64,000 bases of DNA from an uncultured Clostridium sp. (GTDB lineage: Bacteria > Bacillota > Clostridia > Clostridiales > Clostridiaceae), in the NCBI GenBank assembly GCA_964588775.1, contig CAZPRO010000001.1, positions 113 to 64,112 of the forward strand. The letters are read 5' to 3'. The position numbers and the translations under genes were made by a program. The number at the start of each line of letters is the position of its first letter. The stretch's first letter is position 1. Shown piece after piece: positions 52,370 to 61,226 of the stretch. The notes under the pieces are model-generated. The model ran no database searches, had not been told where the DNA came from, and saw only the letters and a list, made by a program, of their open reading frames with translations.

Positions 52370-52822
52370 TTATATAATCCTGTTCATAACTATATATACT
52401 ACAAACAATATTATTCCTTGAATTCCAAACACTACAAGCAAAGTATTAAATATATATTCATTTATTAATCCTAAAATTAATATTCCTACATATGAAGCAA
52501 ACAAACATATAAAAAAACTTACTGCTGCTGTTTTTTGTAGTATTATTTTATTTCGTTCATCTCTATATTTAATTTCTGCTTCCTTAAATTTTTTATCATT
52601 ATTCATTGTATATAAGTTAATAATTATAGTTATTGTTCCAGCACCAATCAAACCACCACCTGTTCCTCTGTAAAACCCTTTAGCAAAATCATCTACTTTA
52701 ATGCCATTTCCTACTGTATACAATGTTAAACCTATTGCTGCTATTCCCAACAAAACTAAAATAAATGAAATAATATTTCCAATAATAAGTTTCTTTCTAA
52801 ATGATATTTTTTGCATAATCAT
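52370..52822 (-). CDS. hypothetical 4-TM membrane protein (partner of the XRE regulator)
   Basis: 150 aa with four hydrophobic segments. Its start overlaps the stop of the upstream HTH gene (ATGA at 52819-52822). Confidence 0.6.
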   Translation of the reverse strand: MIMQKISFRKKLIIGNIISFILVLLGIAAIGLTLYTVGNGIKVDDFAKGFYRGTGGGLIGAGTITIIINLYTMNNDKKFKEAEIKYRDERNKIILQKTAAVSFFICLFASYVGILILGLINEYIFNTLLVVFGIQGIILFVVYIVMNRII

Positions 52823-53016
52823 TCCTCCTCAAAAATAAATATTTCTTCAATTGATAATCCAAAAAACTTTGCTATTTTATGTGCAAGCAATAATGAAGCA
52901 TTATATTTCCCATTTTCAAGTGATATTATTGTTTGACGTGTAACCTGAACCTTTTCTGCGAGTTCTTCTTGAGTCATTTTGTTTGCCTTCCTCAGCTCAC
53001 TAATACAGTTTTTCAA
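52819..53016 (-). CDS. XRE-family helix-turn-helix transcriptional regulator
   Basis: 65 aa. MTQEELAEKVQVTRQTIISLENGKYNASLLLAHKIAKFFG is a canonical Cro/C1-type HTH. TTG start 7 nt after GGAGGTG. Confidence 0.85.
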   Translation of the reverse strand: MKNCISELRKANKMTQEELAEKVQVTRQTIISLENGKYNASLLLAHKIAKFFGLSIEEIFIFEEE

Positions 53017-53037
53017 TCCAATTCACCTCCATTTGAA

Positions 53038-53101
53038 ATGTAAACTCCACTTTACATTTGATAGTATAGCACACTTTACAATTCATGTAAAGTGTGCTAT
53101 A
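53038..53101. promoter_or_regulatory. paired palindromic operator-like sites sharing TGTAAA/TTTACA half-sites
   Basis: ATGTAAA-N6-TTTACAT at 53038-53057. A 16-bp perfect inverted repeat TATAGCACACTTTACA / TGTAAAGTGTGCTATA at 53065-53101. Both lie 20-85 nt upstream of the XRE start. Confidence 0.45.
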
Positions 53102-53265
53102 CATCATTTTATATTTTTAACACTACAATAAATGCTTTTTAATTATTACAGCACTCATTCTAATGCAGATTAATTCACTAAAAAATGGCTGTAACACTAG
53201 GCAGATAAAAATCCACCAGCTACAGCTCACCTTTCTATGTTTTATTAAAACATTTCCTTTAGAAC

Positions 53266-54408
53266 CTATTTAAAATTTCTTTTTACAAATCTTTCAAGCC
53301 TATCAAAAGCTTCTTTTAACTCTTCATCACTATAACAATATGTTATTCTCATATATCCTTCTCCCAATTTTCCAAAAGCATTACCAGGAGTAATTCCCAG
53401 TTTTTCCTCATACAATAATTTTTCACAGAACTCTTCTGAAGACATATTAAATTTTTTAATTGATGGAAAAATATAAAACGCCCCCTTAGGCTCTGTCACA
53501 TCAATATTCATTTCCCTAAGTCTCTTCATACAGTAATTTTTTCTCTTTTCAAAAGTTTTACGCATATTTTCTGCATCATTTAATGCATATTTAAGTCCTG
53601 CCAAAGCTCCATACTGTCCAATTGATGATGTACATGATACTCCATATTGATGTACTTTCATTATTTCCTTCATATATTTTTCAGTACATGCCACATATCC
53701 AATTCTTATACCAGTCATTGAAAATAACTTTGAAAATCCGCTTACATATATTATCTGATCTTTTATTTCTTTTATCTGAGCTACTGAATAATAATCATCA
53801 AATATTATTGCAGAATACATTTCATCTGTTACTGCAATTAAATCATTTTCTTTTATCAGTTCCACAAGTTCATCTCTTTGATTCTTATTAAGAATTGCTC
53901 CTGTAGGATTGGATGGGAAGGATAATATAATATATTTTATTTTCTCTTTTTTTATCTTGTCTCTTATTTCATCTATTTTTATAGTAAAATCTTCATTTAA
54001 TCCATAATTAATCACTTGAGCACCAAGGATTCTTGCAATATTTTCATAGGCTGGATAAGCTGGTGAAGATATAAGAATTTTATCTCCTTCATTTAAAAGA
54101 GCACTAAGAACTGAATACAAACCTTCACTTCCACCCACAGTAAGACATATTTCATCTTTATTATATTCAATATTAAATTGTCTTTTTAAATATTTGCTTA
54201 TTTCTTCTCTAAGTTCTGGTATTCCTTCATTTGATGTATATGTTGTTTTATTTTCATTAACAGCCTTTATCATAGCTTTCTTTACCACATCTGGAACATA
54301 AAAATCTGGCTGCCCTAAAGTTAAAGATATAGCCCCCTGCACTTTTTTTACTTTATTTGAAAATCTTCTGATTCCTGATATTTGTACATCATTTAAAAAT
54401 TTATTCAT
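53266..54408 (-). CDS. PLP-dependent aminotransferase, class I/II (candidate N-acetyl-LL-diaminopimelate aminotransferase)
   Basis: PLP-Lys motif SGFSKLFSMTGIRIGY and NPTG. Sits between dapB and dapH. Substrate assignment rests on context only. Confidence 0.75.
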   Translation of the reverse strand: MNKFLNDVQISGIRRFSNKVKKVQGAISLTLGQPDFYVPDVVKKAMIKAVNENKTTYTSNEGIPELREEISKYLKRQFNIEYNKDEICLTVGGSEGLYSVLSALLNEGDKILISSPAYPAYENIARILGAQVINYGLNEDFTIKIDEIRDKIKKEKIKYIILSFPSNPTGAILNKNQRDELVELIKENDLIAVTDEMYSAIIFDDYYSVAQIKEIKDQIIYVSGFSKLFSMTGIRIGYVACTEKYMKEIMKVHQYGVSCTSSIGQYGALAGLKYALNDAENMRKTFEKRKNYCMKRLREMNIDVTEPKGAFYIFPSIKKFNMSSEEFCEKLLYEEKLGITPGNAFGKLGEGYMRITYCYSDEELKEAFDRLERFVKRNFK

Positions 54409-54564
54409 TGCTGTTACCTCCCCATATTTATCAATTAATTTTACAACATAATGTATATTTATTCAATTATTACCCCTAATTTTTCCTAATATGTCTTTTA
54501 AAAAATTGTATTTTTTATTATAATGTTATTGTTGTAATTATGATAATAAAAAAGGAGTGATATA

Positions 54565-55275
54565 ATGTCATACAATTTAACAGATCCTTATGAAATTGCA
54601 AGATTTATTAAGGAATCTAAAAAATCAACTCCAGTAAAAGTTTACGTTAATGGAGATTTAAGTGAAGCTGATATGAGTGACATAGAATGGTATGGAACTA
54701 AAGGCTTCTACATATTAATGGGTGAATCTGATTCTATAACAAAAATCGTTTTAGATAATAAACATCTCATAAAACATTTTAGAATAGAAAATGACAGAAG
54801 AAATTCAGCTATACCTATGCTTGATTTATTACAGGTTGACGCAAGAATTGAACCAGGCGCTATAATAAGAGATAAAGTTACAATCGGAAAAAATGCCGTT
54901 GTAATGATGGGTGCTGTAATAAATATTGGTGCTGTAATTGGTGATGGAACCATGGTTGATATGAATGCTGTTGTTGGAGCAAGAGGTCAACTTGGCAAAA
55001 ATGTACATTTAGGTGCTGGTTCTGTTGTTGCTGGAGTTTTAGAACCACCAAGCAAAGATCCATGTAGAATTGGAGATAATGTTTTAATTGGTGCAAACTC
55101 AGTAATCCTTGAAGGTGTAAAAATAGGAGAAGGTTCTGTTGTTGCTGCTGGTTCTGTTGTTACTGCTGATGTTCCTTCTGGAGTTGTTGTTGCTGGTTCT
55201 CCTGCAAAAATCATTAAAAATGTTGATGATAAAACCAAAGATAAAACTCAGCTTTTAGATGATTTAAGAAAATAA
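54565..55275 (+). CDS. dapH: 2,3,4,5-tetrahydropyridine-2,6-dicarboxylate N-acetyltransferase
   Basis: 236 aa. N-terminal domain plus left-handed beta-helix hexapeptide repeats ([36 protein letters not shown]...). AGGAG SD. Confidence 0.85.
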   Translation: MSYNLTDPYEIARFIKESKKSTPVKVYVNGDLSEADMSDIEWYGTKGFYILMGESDSITKIVLDNKHLIKHFRIENDRRNSAIPMLDLLQVDARIEPGAIIRDKVTIGKNAVVMMGAVINIGAVIGDGTMVDMNAVVGARGQLGKNVHLGAGSVVAGVLEPPSKDPCRIGDNVLIGANSVILEGVKIGEGSVVAAGSVVTADVPSGVVVAGSPAKIIKNVDDKTKDKTQLLDDLRK

Positions 55276-55307
55276 TAAAAGACGGCCTTCTGCCGTCTTT
55301 TATTATT
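55271..55307. terminator. bidirectional terminator between dapH and the SSB-like gene
   Basis: 16-bp perfect inverted repeat with core AAAAGACGGC / GCCGTCTTTT, a 5-nt loop, and A/T runs on both sides. Confidence 0.8.
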
Positions 55308-55316
55308 AAGCAAGTA

Positions 55317-55973
55317 CTATACTGCACCTTCTTCTCCTGAATTATCACTTTCCTCTTTTGTAACCTTTTCCATTTTTGAAATAGATACTTCATAGGCAAT
55401 TTTCTTTATAACTTCTGTATCAGACACCTTCTTTTGATATTCTCTGCTTTGAAGTCTTCCCCATACTTTAATGTTATCTCCAACATTTAAAGTCTGACAG
55501 AATCTTGAATTCCTTCCCCATGCAATTGTAGGTATATAATCAGATTTATTATAAGCTCTATTTACAGCCAGCAGAACATCTGCAATTTCTCTACCAAAGG
55601 GAGTTGTCCTATAAACTGGTTCTTTGCATATATATCCATCAAGAAAAATCTCATTAGGATTTTTGCTTCTTTCAATGCAAGGTTCAATATTTCTTGCAAA
55701 AACAGTTAAAATTAATTTGTTTGATCCATCTACAAATTTATTATATGATCTTAATTGGCCTTCTACAATTATTTCTGTTCCCAATTCCAAATTAATATTA
55801 CTTAATAATCTTTCTGATACAGTTATATTTAAATTATCCACTGAATCACTTAATCTCATTACTTCTAAATTGAATGTATAAAACCCTTCTCCATACATTT
55901 CATGGCTAAATTCTAGTCCAGAAGTAACCTTGCCTTCTAGATACATTTTGTTATTTAGCATTAAATTATCCAT
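55317..55973 (-). CDS. SSB-like protein with two tandem OB-fold-like halves
   Basis: Two copies of the SSB beta-strand pattern, IIVEGQLRSYNKF (aa ~70) and IKVWGRLQSREYQKK (aa ~165). The acidic tail EESDNSGEEGAV lacks the canonical terminal D-D-D-I/L-P-F tip. Confidence 0.6.
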   Translation of the reverse strand: MDNLMLNNKMYLEGKVTSGLEFSHEMYGEGFYTFNLEVMRLSDSVDNLNITVSERLLSNINLELGTEIIVEGQLRSYNKFVDGSNKLILTVFARNIEPCIERSKNPNEIFLDGYICKEPVYRTTPFGREIADVLLAVNRAYNKSDYIPTIAWGRNSRFCQTLNVGDNIKVWGRLQSREYQKKVSDTEVIKKIAYEVSISKMEKVTKEESDNSGEEGAV

Positions 55974-56100
55974 TTGTAATCCCTCTCTCTATCAGCTATT
56001 ATTTTAGTATATTTTTACACTAACCCTTAACATGTATTACCATTATAATACAAAAACCATAATCTTTTCAATATAATTAGGTTAAATTTGTAAAAAACTT

Positions 56101-56862
56101 TTAATTTTCATGTTGAACTCCATTCTTATCAATATAATAACTATCTTTGTAAATCATCTCACCTACTGTTTTAAATTCATATCCCTTACCCTTTAAGTCA
56201 ATAATTATTCTTTCCAAATTCTCTGGTGTATACTTTGCATTGTTATGAAAAAGCATTATTGCCCCTGGATGAATATTTTTCATTATTTTATTGTATTCAA
56301 CTTCACATCCAAGTTCTTTCCAGTCAACAGAATCAGCATCCCATTGTATAGCATAATGTTTTAAATCATTTACCTTTTTTACTGCTTTTTCATTATAATC
56401 TCCACTTGGAAATCTAAATAAAACAACCTCTTGTCCTGTATATTTTTTAATAATTTCATCAGTTTTCATAATTTCTTCTTCCATTTTTTGTTCATTTATT
56501 TTGCTAAAACCAGGATGCATATAACTATGATTTCCTATTTCATGCCCCCTTTCTGTAATATCCTTTAACTTGTTTACATTCTCTTCACTATAATTTACCC
56601 ATCCTCCCATAATGAAAAATGTTCCCTTTATATTATATTTATCAAGCAAATCTAATATTACTGATAAATTGTCTTTTTCAGCCCAGTTAATATCCAATGT
56701 AATGCTTACAACCTTATCACTTGTGTCAACAGAATATATAGGCTGACTAAAAGTATTTTTAGTTAATACCTCCACATTATTTTTTTGTGATACTGTAGAA
56801 ATAAACATTATAGTTAATAATAATACCATATTAAATACAATTTTAAATGTTCTTTCTCTCAA
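56101..56862 (-). CDS. polysaccharide deacetylase (NodB homology), PdaB-like sporulation type
   Basis: Signal/TM N-terminus. Motif 1 variant ITLDINW (compare TFDISW of PdaB-type enzymes) and His motif GNHSYMHP. Confidence 0.7.
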   Translation of the reverse strand: MRERTFKIVFNMVLLLTIMFISTVSQKNNVEVLTKNTFSQPIYSVDTSDKVVSITLDINWAEKDNLSVILDLLDKYNIKGTFFIMGGWVNYSEENVNKLKDITERGHEIGNHSYMHPGFSKINEQKMEEEIMKTDEIIKKYTGQEVVLFRFPSGDYNEKAVKKVNDLKHYAIQWDADSVDWKELGCEVEYNKIMKNIHPGAIMLFHNNAKYTPENLERIIIDLKGKGYEFKTVGEMIYKDSYYIDKNGVQHEN

Positions 56863-57101
56863 TTGCCCTCCAATTACATAATACTTTATTATTAACTATA
56901 TTCAAATGTTTTTAATTTATAACATTTAGATATATAATTTTGTAAAATAATTACATTAATGTAACTATTTTTATTTTATTTTTAATAATTTATTATGTCA
57001 ATAATAATTTATTATTTTTTCAATTTTATTATTATATATTTTCACTAAAATATAAATTATGCTATAATAAACATGAAAGTTTTTTTGTCATGGAGGTAAA
57101 G

Positions 57102-57626
57102 ATGTACGAAAATTCAATGGAACTAGCAGAAAATAAATTATTAATGTTATATATATTAAAATCAATTAAGGAACCCATATCAAATACTCAGTTTACCGAA
57201 ATCATCCTTGAAAACAACTTTATGAATTATTTTACTTTCCAACAATATCTATCAGAACTTGAAGTTTCACAATTTGTTCAGTATCGCAGCAATATGGACA
57301 AAAAAGTACTAACATTGACAGAAAAAGGAGATAATGTCCTAGAATTATTCAAAGACAGATTATCTCCTGAAAAAATTTCTTTAGCAGATAAATATATAAA
57401 ACAAAAATGGGCTGTTATAAAAAAAGAGTTAAGCATTCATGCTGATTATACTTTAGGAAATAAAGATAGTTTTATAGTAGATTTAAAAGCAGTGGAAGAT
57501 GAAAGTCTTCTTATGGAACTAAAACTTACAGTTCCTACAAAAGAACAGGCTGCATCAATATGTTCTAAATGGAAAAAGAACCCTTCTCAAATTTATACAA
57601 ATATAATAAATCTTCTTATAAATTAA
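57102..57626 (+). CDS. DUF4364-like putative winged-helix protein
   Basis: N-terminus ELAENKLLMLYILKSIKEPISNTQFTEIILENNFMNYFTFQQYLSEL matches my memory of the clostridial DUF4364 family. Start at the ATG 5 nt after GGAGG. Confidence 0.5.
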   Translation: MYENSMELAENKLLMLYILKSIKEPISNTQFTEIILENNFMNYFTFQQYLSELEVSQFVQYRSNMDKKVLTLTEKGDNVLELFKDRLSPEKISLADKYIKQKWAVIKKELSIHADYTLGNKDSFIVDLKAVEDESLLMELKLTVPTKEQAASICSKWKKNPSQIYTNIINLLIN

Positions 57627-58513
57627 AATTCTTCAAAAATCATAGTATTAGGTTCTTTTCCTATTGCTATGGATTTTTTTTGGTTATTTAAAGCATCTAT
57701 TATATAAAGTCTTCCACAGAAATAATCTGCACAATATATATTATTATTATTTACTACCATTCCTCTAGGCATACTGCTTTCTATTATTATGCGCTTTTCT
57801 TCTTTAAAGTTTTCTAAATTAACAACACTTATACTTCCTTCTAAAAAATTGCTTATATATAATTTTTTTTCATATTCAACAATATCAACAGGACCTGCTC
57901 CTACAGACACTTCTCTTAATTTTTTCATAGAACTTAACTCTAACATTAATATTTTCCCATTACTTCCATAACCAAAATTGCTTATAACTATAAATACATA
58001 CTGTCCATTTGATGAAATAATACTTTTTACTGGTGAATTTCCCACATTTATTTTATCTGTAAGCTTATTTTTAAAAAAATCAAATAAACTTATACTTTCT
58101 TCACCCATATTAGTTATTATAGCATTTCTTTTATGATTATAGAGAGTAATTTGATTAGGATGATTTCCAACTATAACCTCATACTCAATTTCCTCTCTAT
58201 TCATATCATAGCTTTGTACACAATTTGCTTCACCACACAATACATATATTTTTCCATTAACACATGTAACATCATTAGGATATGGCCCTACTTCTATATG
58301 TTCAATTTCTTCAAAAGTACGCTTTTTTAATATAGAAACTGTATTATTATAACTATTGGCTAAAATAATATTATTTTTATCCACATACATACCATGAGGT
58401 CCAAATGTTGTTTTCTTTTCTCTGCTGACTGCTACGTTATATGCCTTTTCTTTTTCTATATCAAATATACTTAATGTATCTGACCCTGCATTACATATAA
58501 TTATATAACTCAT
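57623..58513 (-). CDS. YVTN-type beta-propeller repeat protein
   Basis: Roughly 40-residue repeats with recurring G-x-x-P/V-x-N-x-x-S-x-S-V motifs (VGPYPNDV, VGNHPNQI, VGNSPVKS, VGAGPVDI). 296 aa. Confidence 0.6.
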   Translation of the reverse strand: MSYIIICNAGSDTLSIFDIEKEKAYNVAVSREKKTTFGPHGMYVDKNNIILANSYNNTVSILKKRTFEEIEHIEVGPYPNDVTCVNGKIYVLCGEANCVQSYDMNREEIEYEVIVGNHPNQITLYNHKRNAIITNMGEESISLFDFFKNKLTDKINVGNSPVKSIISSNGQYVFIVISNFGYGSNGKILMLELSSMKKLREVSVGAGPVDIVEYEKKLYISNFLEGSISVVNLENFKEEKRIIIESSMPRGMVVNNNNIYCADYFCGRLYIIDALNNQKKSIAIGKEPNTMIFEEF

Positions 58514-58654
58514 TCTTCCCTCCTTGCTTTTTTATTTCTAGTATATTCTTATTAATATTTATTTGATACATCTTTTTACATTTGTCTTTATTATTTGACA
58601 TTATTTTAATATAATATATTTATAATTATATATAGGTATATAGGAGGAATTTTT

Positions 58655-58906
58655 ATGTTTACTTATAAAACAGAAGGAGTATGTTCTTCAAAAATTGATA
58701 TTGAAATAGAAAATAACATTATAAAATCAGTTGCATTTACTGGAGGCTGCAATGGTAATCTTAAAGGAATTTCTCAATTGGTATGTGGAATGAATATAGA
58801 TGATGTTATAGAAAAATTAGAGGGAACTCTTTGCAGAAATAAAGAGACTTCATGTCCTGACCAGCTTGCAAAAGCTCTTCTACTTTATAAAAGCCAACAG
58901 AACTAA
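58655..58906 (+). CDS. TSCPD-domain small Cys-rich protein
   Basis: 83 aa with GGCNGNLKGISQLV and CPDQLAKAL, typical of the small four-Cys TSCPD family. AGGAGGA SD. Confidence 0.65.
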   Translation: MFTYKTEGVCSSKIDIEIENNIIKSVAFTGGCNGNLKGISQLVCGMNIDDVIEKLEGTLCRNKETSCPDQLAKALLLYKSQQN

Positions 58907-58974
58907 AAATGAAATCCTTATACAAATTATCATTTATATAAGGAGACAATACTTAAAAAATTGTGGTGAAATAA

Positions 58975-59128
58975 TAAGCAAGTCATGAATTTTTTATTCT
59001 TTAATTTTGAGATGCAGAATTCTTAAGTTATGAAAATCTGTAGATATGTTTATCCTACTGAAGATTTATTATAATACTTAGAATTTTTACCTTAAAATTT
59101 TAGTAATAAAAAATCCATGACTTGTTTA
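58975..59128. repeat. long imperfect inverted repeat / extended hairpin in a convergent intergenic region
   Basis: 24-nt arms TAAGCAAGTCATGAATTTTTTATT (58975-58998) and AATAAAAAATCCATGACTTGTTTA (59105-59128) match 22/24. The flanking and internal sequence is also partly self-complementary. Confidence 0.6.
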
Positions 59129-59219
59129 CTATTTTAAAACCTTATTATATCATAAGTTTATCAAATATTTGTCACTTATTACTTAAACTATAATTCACTT
59201 AATTTAAATTAAACTTTCT

Positions 59220-61172
59220 TTATTGTATAAAATCAGCCTTTCTATAGCTGGTCAATAAGGATAATGTACTTTCAATTTCATCAACTACATCCTGATAGCT
59301 TAAATATACATCTATACTAATACTGCTATAATCCTCATTTACTGTTTTTACAGCACCATAGATATATTTATTAGATCTAACCAGATTATAAATTATCTCA
59401 TTATTAGATTTTGACAGGTAGCCAATTACATATCCATTATAGGTTGTAACTGTATTTATATCACTATTATTTCTTATTGGTACAATGTATATAATACTTT
59501 TTTCCAATAGCTCATTATTAATTTCACTCATATCAACAAAATTAACACCTTCAACTTCTAATGTTGACAATAACACGTCCTTAACATGAGGTTTTATCAC
59601 GGCATATTTATTTATATCTATGTATTTTTTACGTTTATAGTTCTTTTTTCCTATAAGTATATCCAGTTCTTCTCTTAATATGCTGTTTACTTCTCTGTCT
59701 TTTATTTCTATTATTGTATCCTTATCATAATCATCTAAAATTTCTTTTATAATATTTAAATTATCTATTGCACATTTTCTTGTTTCAATAACCGGACTGT
59801 TTAATGCTTCCATATTTATACTTTTAAAAATATCTTCATTTCCTTTAAATTTAATATTGCTGATTATAATAAAATAACACACATGCTCTATTTCATTATA
59901 CTTTATGTCTTCAATCTTTATGGAATCCTGCCCGCTTAAAATATAAGATTTATTTAACTTATTTAATCCTTCAGTTAAAACAAGCCTTTCTAAAGATTTA
60001 TTCTCACATGAAAAAGCATAATTGTAAATAAATGGCGAATTAAAATTTCTTATAAATAAATTTTTAAATTCTGCCTTCTTTAACTTATATTTAATTCTTT
60101 CAGCACAAGCTAAAATAATATCTGCATCCATATCTATATTTATTAATTCATATGACAAAACTTCAGTCCATCTTTTGTCTTTACATATGTTTCTGCATTT
60201 ATAAAGCATTTCCTTACATATTTCCAAAAATTCTTCCTTTCTGGAATTGTCTTTACCACATGTGTTATATAAAAGAAAATCTTCAGCAAAATTCATTATG
60301 GCTGCTATACAATATAATGAATATATTCCTCCAAACTTTTCACTCACAGTATTAATAATATAATTGCATATTTTCAATCCAATATTAATTTCATTTATTT
60401 CATATTCATTAAATAGATATCTTCCTACATACATTGCAATTTTTTCAAATTTATCTTTATTATATTCATTTTCATCAATATATTTTTCAAAATTATATGA
60501 TAAAAGTGTATATTTTAGCATTTCGCTAATTGCTTCATTATTATTAAGACCTTCTTCTATAAGCCACTTTCTCATTTCTTTATTAACTACATTTAAAGAC
60601 ATAACAGATAAAATCCTGCCATAACCATAAGAGTTTTTACACAAATGAAAAATCTTATGGTTTTCATTTCTGTGCTTCAAAATCTGAATATAATAAAATA
60701 TGTATTCATTATGGCACGAAAATACTCTACATAATTTGTTTAGTTCACCATCATTTAATACAACTGCTACTATAATTGAAGCTTTTAGTGCTTCACTATT
60801 TTCAGTTTCTTTTATTATTTTTTTAAATACTTCTATGAGATCATTTCGCAATTCTGGTCTTTCACTCAATGACTGGGAAAAAAAATCAATAAAATAATCA
60901 TAATAAAATATTATGTGATTTCTTTTTACAAATATTTCAAATCCTTCATAAAAATCCTTTTCTCCATATGTATTAATTATTTTTTCTGACAATTTAGTGC
61001 TTACATTTATCTTCTGCCATTTTTCAAATTTTTCAGAATGACTGCTGCAATTTTGCAGATACTCATCCCTTCCTGAATACTCTAAATTTTGATAAGGATA
61101 TATTCCTTCTGGATTGATATCATAAAATTTTTTTACTTCATCATAAATTCTGTTACTTTTTTTTAATTTCAT
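59220..61172 (-). CDS. hypothetical 650-aa protein: helical N-terminal region, possible HIRAN-like C-terminal domain
   Basis: No catalytic motif recognised. The C-terminal 90 aa or so (LEVEGVNFVD...IYIVPIRNNSDINTVTTYNGYVIGYLSKSNNEIIYNLV...YGAVKTV...ISIDVYLSY) loosely resembles the HIRAN pattern. Confidence 0.4.
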   Translation of the reverse strand: MKLKKSNRIYDEVKKFYDINPEGIYPYQNLEYSGRDEYLQNCSSHSEKFEKWQKINVSTKLSEKIINTYGEKDFYEGFEIFVKRNHIIFYYDYFIDFFSQSLSERPELRNDLIEVFKKIIKETENSEALKASIIVAVVLNDGELNKLCRVFSCHNEYIFYYIQILKHRNENHKIFHLCKNSYGYGRILSVMSLNVVNKEMRKWLIEEGLNNNEAISEMLKYTLLSYNFEKYIDENEYNKDKFEKIAMYVGRYLFNEYEINEINIGLKICNYIINTVSEKFGGIYSLYCIAAIMNFAEDFLLYNTCGKDNSRKEEFLEICKEMLYKCRNICKDKRWTEVLSYELINIDMDADIILACAERIKYKLKKAEFKNLFIRNFNSPFIYNYAFSCENKSLERLVLTEGLNKLNKSYILSGQDSIKIEDIKYNEIEHVCYFIIISNIKFKGNEDIFKSINMEALNSPVIETRKCAIDNLNIIKEILDDYDKDTIIEIKDREVNSILREELDILIGKKNYKRKKYIDINKYAVIKPHVKDVLLSTLEVEGVNFVDMSEINNELLEKSIIYIVPIRNNSDINTVTTYNGYVIGYLSKSNNEIIYNLVRSNKYIYGAVKTVNEDYSSISIDVYLSYQDVVDEIESTLSLLTSYRKADFIQ

Positions 61173-61226
61173 TGATATTACTTTATCCTTCCTTTTGTAT
61201 TACTTTAATTGTACCATAGTAATACC

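Noticed and set aside
56984-57015. 13-nt direct repeat AATAATTTATTAT (56984-56996 and 57003-57015) in the divergent spacer between the deacetylase and DUF4364-like genes.
   Set aside because: It is a pure A/T low-complexity sequence in a spacer that is nearly all A/T. Chance repetition is likely and no regulator is linked to it.
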